A stretch of DNA of 63,414 nt, counting the filler, from Reticulomyxa filosa (Eukaryota > Protista > Foraminifera), in assembly GCA_000512085.1 (NCBI GenBank). It is 17 parts of 17 records of this genome, joined end to end, with 100 filler letters (N's around TTAATTAATTAA, not from the genome) between each part and the next. Parts side by side here need not be neighbours in the genome. Positions count along the whole stretch, not along the records: positions 53,295 to 55,999 come from ASPP01011082.1; positions 56,100 to 57,099 come from ASPP01044935.1; positions 57,200 to 63,414 come from ASPP01005745.1; 14 more parts are not named here. One strand, 5' to 3'. Shown here piece by piece: positions 54,084 through 63,414 of the stretch (within the stretch, counting starts at the first letter, position 1; each line of letters begins with the position of its first letter). The translations under genes and the position numbers were made by a program. Under the pieces are notes generated by a model. It was not told the DNA's origin and made no database searches. It was given only the letters and a program-made list of their open reading frames with translations.

Positions 54084-55947
54084 TCATTTATTTGATTTAT
54101 TGATTTACAAATCTAATTAAAACATGATTATGTGATGTCAGGCAAAAATCGATTGACGGATATCGACCGTGGCTTTAACGAGTACTGGATAGTACAATCG
54201 AACTTGTCGTTCAACTCGTACGTGGGCACATTTACCACGTGGACAAGCACACTGGTGTACTCGGCCGCGAAAGGGGACAACGTGTCGTTATCAGACGTGG
54301 GCAAGGTCGTGTGCAACGCAGTGACGGGGACGAACAAGAAGACGCAGCACTCGTCGCTGCTTCGAAAGACTGCTATGACACGGGCGCGTCGGGCGGGTCG
54401 CAGTGCACAGGATCGGTGTACTACCCCCCGGTGGGACTCCTCTACATCCCCGGAAGTACGGTGTCGTGTCCGACCAGCAACTTGCGCAACTGCACCAATC
54501 TGGCGTGGTGTGTCAAAAGTTCGGAGAACGCGCTTCACTGGTGCGACTCGAGCAGCGTTTCGGCGGACACATACCACCCTTTTTATATCGAGTGCAATCC
54601 CGCTCCAAGTCAGGTGCGAACTCTGAAGCCGTCGACCTGGCCGACAGGCGCGCCGTCTTTTCCACCGACCAAAGCCCCATCGCCGAGGCCAACTCGTCGT
54701 CCTTCCAAATTGCCGTCGAAGCGTCCAACCACCAAGTTCCCGACAAATCTACCTACCAGGCACCCTACCAAGTCGCCAACCCCTCGTCCCACGCAAAAGC
54801 CTACGACGTCAAGGCCAACTCAAGCTCCTATCCTTGGAACTGTATATAATACATATATACATATATATATATATATATGTTTATTTATTTATTGATTGAT
54901 CAAAAAATAAATAAAATAAAATAAAATCTTACATACATTTCTTTTATATTGACAGCGAACACCCACATCACCCACTTCAATCCCAAGTATCTCGCCCACC
55001 TCACCCACTCATGTACCCACTCTCTCTCCTTCACTCCCTCCGTCGCGCTCGCCCACGACGATGCCCACGCGCCCCACGCTCGAGCCCACTCGCAGTCCAT
55101 CACTTGCTCCTGCGACGCTGGCGCCGAGCTGGACTCCGACGTCGTCTCCTACGTCCAATTCCGAGAGAAAAAGAAGGGCGGCGCCAGCGCCATTGAGTCG
55201 ATCAACGCTCTGTACTTTGTCATTTTCGCGCTGGCCATCGTGTTGATTTGCATTGCCATGCTCGCTCTGCTGTACTGCTGTCGAGCGCAGGCCAAGGCTC
55301 CGTCCAACAATGGTTCCAATGCCCCTGCGGCGTCCAAGCCTACTCCAAACCCAAATTCAAACCCAAACACAAACACTCCATCTACTAAACTTACGACTGC
55401 GAATACAAATATAAATACAAATACAAATACAAATGCGAATACAAATGCAAATACAAATAAAACAATGGCCAATGTTAAAAATGCTACAAACACTGCAGTT
55501 CAACTTGCAGCACTTGCACAAGTAAATGGAAATGTACATGCAAATGGAAATATCAATGGAAATGCAAATGCAAATGCAAATGTAAATGCAAATGGACACA
55601 TCGAAGGAAATGGAATAAACCAACTGAAAATCGCCGACAAAGAAAACTTAGCGAGAGCAGAATCCGATCTGTCGTATTCGCTAGAACATGTCGATCTTGC
55701 GTTGTATCAAAGCAACACGCTGCGCGGACAAAATGGCGAGCCGCACCGAGACACCATTTTATCCATGGAAGGCGGTGAGGGCGTCATGCGAAGCAACACC
55801 GCGTCAAGGCGCGCCGAAGGCAACCCTTACGCTACAAACCCAGGTCTCGGTGACGACTTCCAAGTCTCCACACCCAAGCAGTCCGCTTCCATTACCGAAA
55901 AGGTCAAAACCGGGCTTAAAATGTTGCAAAAAAAGAATCCGATCCGG
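53351..55947 (+). CDS. Type I membrane protein: Cys/Trp-rich ectodomain, Pro/Thr/Ser stalk, TM, Asn-rich cytoplasmic tail (both ends partial)
   Basis: Exons are joined by introns ending at ~53657, 54021-54141 and ~54842-54955. Stalk PTRRPSKLPSKRPTTKFPT. TM LYFVIFALAIVLICIAMLALLYCC. Homopolymer frameshifts near 54360 and 55168. Confidence 0.75.
53560..53633. repeat. Perfect intronic inverted repeat (35-bp stem, 4-nt loop)
   Basis: AAAAAAATTGACACAATATATACATATATATATAT-atac-ATATATATATATGTATATATTGTGTCAATTTTTTT. Confidence 0.95.
54021..54108. repeat. Intronic inverted repeat starting at the GT donor
   Basis: GTAAATGAATAAATTAAATAAATGAATAAA(TA)n pairs with TTTATTCATTTATTTGATTTATTGATTTAC, with one G-U pair and one mismatch. 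Confidence 0.9.
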
Positions 55948-56629
55948 GTTTGTTTTTTTTAAAAAAAAAAAAAAAAGGAGTAATCTATATAACATTTACN
56001 NNNNNNNNNNNNNNNNNNNNNNNNNNNNNNNNNNNNNNNNNNNTTAATTAATTAANNNNNNNNNNNNNNNNNNNNNNNNNNNNNNNNNNNNNNNNNNNNG
56101 AAGATCGGCAACAACAATAAATAAAAAGCGATACGATGGATATGGATGAGCGGCAATCTGACATCACACAAGAATCTGCCCTATGTCAAGCTCAATTTAT
56201 TCTTCCAAATTCTACTCGCAAAAACGTACAGACCACTGCTGCATCCAACACTATTGTAATTTTATTTTAACAAAAAGAGATGTAGTAAATCAATCTTTTT
56301 TTCTCTTCTCTTGTTTCATCAAACACATATACATATATGACATACAATAGACCTTTCCAAAAGCAGTCAGTGCAGATCTCTCAACTCCCTTAGTCATATT
56401 TTATCGTAAATAAAAATAAAAATATGAAGTATAAAATAATTGCATTTACTATTCGAAAAAATACTTTTTAATTAACCAGATAATTTGCAACAAAAAAACT
56501 ATACATTGAAACATTGATGAAAATAACCAATTGAAATGAACATTTAAAAAAGAAATTCAATTAAATATTGAATTTAAAGGACATAAAGGGAATAATTGTT
56601 AAAATGTTACTAACTAAAAAAAAATAAAT

Positions 56630-57080
56630 ATGTTTCCTGAACAAATGATTTCAGTCTTCTCCATCTGTGCCAAATTGTCCAAATATTCCTTGCATATTTT
56701 GCTTTTGTCCAAAGCTTGTGTATTCATGGAACTAATAACAATAGAATAATTGACCATCAAAAATACAATACGACAATTTTTTTCTTCTTCGATTTTCGTG
56801 ACACAATCGTTCAAAGGTGTTACGTAATTGTTCATTGAGGCCCGTGTGTTGTTTCTCTTTATTCAAGGCCGAAATATCACTCACATATACGGCAAATCGG
56901 ACTGTCACAAAATGAGGAAAACTGCTGCCTTTGGAGACACTCGATTTGCGTATTGGCTCAAGTGTTTCTATCGATTGGACGTTATTTTCAAATATAATTT
57001 TAAAATGAGTCCAAAGATTATATCAATTTATCAACAAAGGAGTCCACGAAGCTACTTTTCGTTCAATCATTTCAGCTGAT
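56630..57080 (-). pseudogene. VPS52 (GARP subunit)-like C-terminal fragment, disrupted
   Basis: DSFVDKL...LWTHFKIIFENNVQSI...FPHFVTVRFAVYVSDISALN...IVFLMVNYSIVI parallels the VPS52 motifs LWPRFK, PHYVTRRYAEF and VFLINNYD. Stops and frameshifts present. Confidence 0.55.
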
Positions 57081-58288
57081 TGCTTTGTATATTTGATTAN
57101 NNNNNNNNNNNNNNNNNNNNNNNNNNNNNNNNNNNNNNNNNNNTTAATTAATTAANNNNNNNNNNNNNNNNNNNNNNNNNNNNNNNNNNNNNNNNNNNNG
57201 ACTTCCATTTAGTCGGTATGCACGATCAATTTTTTTTTTTTTTTTACATCGTCCATAGATTTTCCCATTTGCATCCTTTTTTTTCGTGCTCGCTTCGAAG
57301 TTCAAATTTCCTGCTCACAATGAACCAGTTACAACACTCGATTGAATATCTCCACAAGATATTCATTTTCCATCTTAGGCATAAGCACATCTCAATCGTT
57401 TTTTCCATGTTCGATTTTGGTTTTAACTTCCAAATGTGGCTTTTTTTTTTTGTTGAGCGTAAGCATGTGCTCTTTCACAGCCATGGATGCATGATTTTTG
57501 GTTATTTTTCCATTAATTAAGCACTGATAACTATGGAAAATGGAGCGTGTGTCGCTATTAAATGTTTGTATTTTTTCTTGTCTCCCCACTCTTCTCTCTT
57601 TCTCTCTCTTACACAAATGACGGATAAACTCCTTTTCAATTCTCGTAAAACGCAAAATTACCTTAAAATAAAATCAGATCCCACTTTCATAATTTACAAT
57701 TGCTCGTCTTAACGTAACAACGAGAATAATACAACTTAAAGACAAGAATAACAACTTAAACAACAAAGATTTTTTGTTCAAGGAGTTTTTTTTTTTTTTT
57801 TTTTTTTAAGCATCAATTTTTTTTCTGTTCTTCATTCCATTTTGATCATTTTTTCACTTTTGGTCTACATTTCGGAATTAAAAAATTATATTTTTTGATA
57901 AATAGTCTTCAATAAGGGACGATTGAATACTTTTTCAGGTTCAAAGAACGCTGATGTTGGACGATACAATAATTTGAATTAAAACAAAAATGACATTTAT
58001 TGTAAATGTTGGCAACCTTCCACCACCAAACACTCAAAATCTCTTTAGCACAGGGTATCAATCACAACACTCACTTAATGCCAAGCAAAAAAAGTAATCT
58101 TTGAAAAAAAAAAATGTTCAATACACCACAAGTGTGAGTGAAAGGCGCACTCGACACCATACATAGATTAAACTTCACGTTTTTGTTTTAACATTTCTAG
58201 AAAAAAAGAGTGAATGGGGGAAAAAAAGGGAGAAAAAAAACAAAATTTTTGGAGAAAAAAAAGAAATTTTATTCACATTAAAAAATAG

Positions 58289-61200
58289 TTATTTTTCGGA
58301 CCCACTCAAATCGGTGGCTAGTTTGTGTATTCTATTTTTCCATTTGGTTTGTTTATTAAACGGTGCTTCGTTTAATTGCTTTCTTAGCCACCTATACAAG
58401 TATATTAACAACAGATGAAAATAAAAGAAAAATGAGTAGAATAAAAAAAATAACTGTTCAGCTTTTTCATTTGATTCACCAATTCTCAATTTTTCTTTGA
58501 TGAATTTTTTCACTGCATCAGTGGGAACAATTCCATCAAACGCTAATTGTGCGAATTCAGCAATTTCACCGTAGTTATCCCTCAGCAACTGATATGCTTT
58601 AACAGCTAGATTCACAAAATTTTTGTAATGTTCTTTCATGAGATCATAGAATTCATGAGTAATACCAAAAGGACACGCATCAAACGACACTTTTTCCCTT
58701 GTGCAGAGACACACACATTACATTACAAAAGCAAATGATTTCAAAACAAATTAAAGGAAAAACAAAATTACCCAAGCACATAGTTAAAATCAATATGAAA
58801 GAGCGTGCAATCAGTTTGCCGCACTAAAATGTTATCAAAGTGCCTATCTCGTATTCCCATGACAAATGAGGCAATATAAGACCCAGCGGCAGAGCATGCC
58901 AAGGTATTGTAATGTTTGGCTTTCATAAAATTTTGCAAATGTGAGATATGTCTGAGGGCGATACACCCCGGAACCAGTTCAATACAACCAAAGTTAGGTG
59001 ACATAGGCACCACTTTGTAAGTTAAGACATTGACATGTTTGTCTTCAAACGTAAGATTTGAGCGATGCCAAATGTGGTTCATAAACTTGAACACTTGCAT
59101 TACCATAGCGTCTTTGCGCAGGTCGTCTCCCGCTTTCAAAATGATGGTGGAAGAGCGAATTTCAACTCCTGGTTGGGAAAATTCGGTCGTGTAAATATCG
59201 ATAAGAAAAGGTTTTGCATGACTGTTCATTACTTTGCGAATGGATAAACGACTGATTGGAGGGCTATTGCATACACAAGGATCCCTTAATAATTTGTGGC
59301 TTTCACAATCCAATTCAAATTCAAACCCAGCTTTGGCATCCTTAAAATACGCAATAAATTCCCAAAATTTGACTGGGTCTTTCGGTAAACGAGCTGTGCA
59401 CACACTCCGAGACCATATCAGCTCATTGTTGTGAAGTTCATTTTCCTTGGCTTTGTCACGACTATCTATCGCTGTCGTCGGTTGGCCTGCTGAGCTCTTG
59501 TCTATTGTCGCTGTCGATATCACTGCTGTCGATCCCGTTGAACTTGTGATCATTGGTTTCGCTGCTTCGCTTGTGTATGCCATGCCACTATACAGCAACG
59601 CTATGGGTGTTTTTTCCTTGGATTTGTACGAAGCCAGCAAAAATTGCACGGATTGATGCAAGTCGTGGTGACGTACTATTCGTTCTGAAAGCAATGCTCC
59701 CACCTCTTGACGGAACTTCTTTGCTTTTTTTCGCGACAAAATGCAGGCTCTGGTAGACATTTCATTTTTAAACATATTTTCAAAATTTTTATTGTTTGGA
59801 TTCGACAAAGTATATGTACTTTGCAAAAAAAAAAAAAAAAAAAGCATAAAAAAGATGATAAATATACAAAAAAAAAAAAAAAAGGAAGAATTTTATATTA
59901 TTGTTAACATAATTGGCAAAAACGGCATAATGACATCAACTGTCGTTTCTTCAATTATAGGTTTCAATTGACTGGCACGTTCTGCTTTCAATACTTGAAA
60001 CAAACGCACCTCGTGTTTTTGAGTTTCTGCTTCTCGTTTTTGAAGGCGCTTGGCACCACTGCAAATGGCCGGTTTTTCCATTAAAAACTTGCTTTGCCCA
60101 CGATATCTTTCCATAGGTATGTACTTGTTACTTTCATTTTCATTCTCACTGCTGGAGTCGCTATCACTTTCCTTTGTGTTTGCGCTGACACTTGCGTTGG
60201 TATTTGTATTGACACTTGCATTGGTATTTGTATTGACACTTGTATCAACATTTGCATTGTCGTCTCGCTTGTTTTCACGGGATATCGCGGATGTTTTGGG
60301 AATTTGTTTCTTTGTTGCTTGGAGTGTTGCGTCTTTCTGGTCTGATGCTCCCCCGAAATTGTATTACGTATTATATTATTTTGTTTGTAAATTCGCCAGA
60401 AAAAAAAAAAGTAAAGCCTTTACTTTTGATTTGTTTCAGGTTATTTAGGACAGTGCTGACAGTAATGAGCGACTCATTGCTAATGATCACGTCGCCATTG
60501 GACGCATCGATATCCACTGAGTTATTCTCTTTTTTTTTGTACTCTCCCAACAGGAAATTCAACTCAGAATACAAACTGTGTCCCAAATGCTCAGTCAATT
60601 CTGTGAAAAAGTCGCTTGTCTCATTGTCACTATTGCCTTCATCACTCGATTTATGTTCGGCACTCGCGTCTTTGATCTCATGTTCCGATGCGCGCACAAT
60701 GCCACGAATGTCACTCGTGCTTATTTTTTTGTGGCGTTTATTTTTTAAAGGATTTCTTTTGGAGTGATGTCGAAAGTGCTTGTCATCCATATAACTTTGC
60801 GGAGACGACGCAGCCGAGCTTGCGTATGGCATTTGACCCGCGAACATGGGCTGGATGTTTCGTGGCATATCCCCTCTTCTGCCTTTGCTGTTGTCGTCAT
60901 TTTCATATTTCGCAGCGCTCATTCCGATCGAAATGGCATGTTTTTTAAAATCTGTCCCACTCCTCGGTACGTCAAGATCGTCCACAGATATGCGCTTTTT
61001 TAAAAGTACTAACTCGCCACTATTTCTTGATCGCAATGATTTTTCCAACTTTTTGCGGAATGATCCTTCTTCATTTAAAAACCGTTTCACGTTCGAGTTC
61101 GTCATGGACGAAGATGTTGTCTCTTCGGTTCTTATTCGGAGATGCACACACACACACACACACATATATGCATACATATGTGAGTGAATGGATTTGCTCA

Positions 61201-63372
61201 AACCAATAAAGATATACATATATTACATAAACATAAAAAAAGGTATAATACTTAGTATCTCCATGACTGGTTGCTTGTAAAAGTGGATCGATCGCATAAG
61301 GAATGGAATCGGTTTTGGACTGAGAAGGGTCGGTCTGTTGTTCGCGCATGCTTGTTTCTTCTCGATCATTTTCATGGATATGTTTTTCATGCATGTCGAC
61401 AAACTCGAGTATCAACGCCTGCGTGTGGGCCTGTGTCTGTGTCTGTGTCTGTGCCTCCTCTTCGGTTCCGCTTGGCGAACTGGGACAGCTGCTTCTTCGA
61501 TTTAAGGCGACAGTAGTAAGAATGAGTTTTTTTTTGGACCGAGAGCGTTTTATGGACATTTCGGTATCACTTTCCACGAGACTGGAGCTATGGGCATGGC
61601 CTGAGGCTTGAATGCGAGCATTGATGCGCACCCGGCTGTTTCGTTTTTTAGCCAGACGAGGACTAGGTCCAGCGGGCCGTTTGGGTTTGCTCCGGCGATG
61701 ACGTTTCGGGCCATCTTCGCCACCACTTTCAGAGTCATAGTCAGTACGAGGTGGAAGACTGGACAATCCGTCGGAGCGAACACCTGAGTCGGTCCGTATT
61801 TTGTTTGTTTGTTTGTTTATTTATAAGTGTTAAAAAAAGATTTAAAAAAAAAAAAAAAAAAAAACAAAACTTGTATGGTGTTTGAAGTTGGAATGAGATT
61901 TGTTTCTTTTAGTTAAAGACTGAGTGGAAATCAAAGTTTCAAAATTGCCTTGCTTTTCTCTTTGTCTTGGGTCCATGCGATATTCAGCCGTTTCGTCTTC
62001 AGTGTCACTTGCGTTGGAGCGCGTTTCGCTTCTTTCCAAGTCGCTGTCATCACAGTCGCTCGGGACGTCACTGGGAACGTCACTGGGGACGTCGCTGGGG
62101 ACATCGTAGGGCACGTTGAATTGGTCCACTGGAGTCGTGATGATGGTATTGACATTGGTGTTAGTGTTAGTGTTAGCGTTGGTGGTGGCAGTAGAAGGAG
62201 TGTTATGACGAGACATTGCTCTGGAAGGAGAGGACGAAATGGCGATTGCGGCAGGGGTCTCCAATTTGATGACTGGCAATTCGTCGGGTCGTTTGAGTTC
62301 GCGCATCATGATCTTCATGGCCGTTTCTGTGGCTGTGGCCGTGGTCGTGGTCGTAGTCGTGCTCGTGCTTGTGGCAGCGGAGGACGCAGAGCCGACGACT
62401 GTGGGTGCATCGCCTTGTCCGTAATTGCCACTGGTCAATTTCGGGGTCAGCGCGCTGATGATGAACGTTTCCAAGATGGGCGTGGTCACAGACGGAGGTG
62501 GAGACAATACTCCCAAAAAGTTTGACGGCGGTGGTTCACTGTCGTCATCGTCATCGCCATCACCATCGTCATTTCGAGCGTTGGATGCTGTCCTATGACC
62601 CGTTGATCCGTCTCCCACTTGTTTGTTGCGGGTCGCGCTTTTCTTTACTTTGTTAGAATTGGACTCGGTGTTTGGACTCTTTTTTGTCTGTGCTTTCTTT
62701 CTTTTGGGAGGGGCCGTTTGCAAACGCTTATTATTCTTGTCGCTGTTAGTACTTGCATTACTAATTGCTGTTGTTTTGGTCCCCTTGTCAATCGCTTGTA
62801 AGCGTTGCATATCAAAATAAGCTTTTTCTTTCTCCGCCGAAAATGTCGAGGAATTCAAAGTGTCGTTATCAAGCCAGATTGGGATGGACGCTTGCTTCCA
62901 ATGATTTTTTTTTGCATCTTTTTCGACTTGTCGGGCGTGATGGGGAGACTTTGACTGCGCATCCGACCATGGATTCGAAGAAAGTGCTTGCTTTGTCTTC
63001 TCTATCTTGCGTGCTTTTTTCACTTTCTCATCGTCCTCATTTATTGGGTGCTGTGTAAAAGACGATTCCGGAACACCCATCGAACGCCCCTTCATGTGTC
63101 CTACCTTTTCTCCTTTTCTTGTCGCACTTGTTGCCATGGCCTTTTCACTCTCTCTTTCATTGCCGCCATGCTCACGTCGCACTTTGTTATTTGTCCCATT
63201 GCTATGCATTACTCGCTTCCCACCACGATCGGATCGCGGTGGAGGTGGTCTGTTCCCCTTGCTTTTCTTCCCATTTCCTACTTTGCCTTTGTCGTTCATT
63301 GCCATGTTCTTGCTGCTCGCTTTGACTTGATTTGATTGCGTTCTCGGGCGATTGTGGCTATTGTCATTGCCG

Positions 63373-63414
<42 letters not shown>
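58289..63414 (-). CDS. PI3-kinase-like protein: long low-complexity N-terminus, partial helical domain, lipid kinase domain; multi-exon, 5' partial
   Basis: VMNSHAKPF, LKAGDDLRKD, LTYKVVP...GCIELVP, SAAGSYIASFVMGIRDRHFDNIL, LFHIDFNYVLG, AYQLLR, KNRIHKLA. Linkage of the upstream low-complexity exons (60000-63414) is inferred from same-strand GT-AG joins. Confidence 0.85.
63376..63414. repeat. (TTA)n microsatellite (poly-Asn); similar (AAT)n at 4797-4838 and (TA)n at 53120-53194
   Basis: Directly visible. Several contigs end in such tracts. Confidence 0.9.

Noticed and set aside
62060-62118. VPYDVPSDVPSDVPSD resembling an HA epitope tag
   Set aside because: It is a natural 12-nt tandem repeat in a low-complexity exon, not YPYDVPDYA, and has no vector context.

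Overview
AT-rich eukaryotic DNA, not a contiguous locus. It is 17 short contigs joined by an artificial 100-nt linker (44 N + TTAATTAATTAA + 44 N, which has stops in all six frames), so neighbourhood across linkers is not informative. Short GT-AG introns full of poly-A/poly-T/(TA)n, the standard genetic code, and lineage-typical WD40, Kelch-like and NTPase-like families with many pseudogenes point to a rhizarian protist, most likely the foraminiferan Reticulomyxa filosa (inference from family patterns, not searched). Recognisable genes: AHCY, a calcineurin-B/CHP-like protein, POLD3, a copine, an RCC1-repeat protein, a SUN-domain protein, a UBL-RINGv E3 ligase, a PI3K-like kinase, a Kv-beta-type aldo-keto reductase, a secreted aldose-1-epimerase-like protein, a GT25-like glycosyltransferase, a DUF6174-like membrane protein, a divergent CAP-Gly protein, F-BAR-like and ARM proteins, and three Cys-rich/Pro-Thr-repeat surface proteins. 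The most notable observations are: (1) introns that fold into long hairpins, with degenerate GTT/GTC donors and poly-A instead of polypyrimidine 3' ends, suggesting structure-guided splicing; (2) a family of polycationic PT[K/R]x-repeat surface/secreted proteins, one with an RRL motif at the head-stalk junction and one whose repeat array is cut by five phase-2 introns at the same repeat position; (3) intron-containing genes of bacterial-type families. Isolated frameshifts in intact genes all sit in homopolymers and look like sequencing errors.
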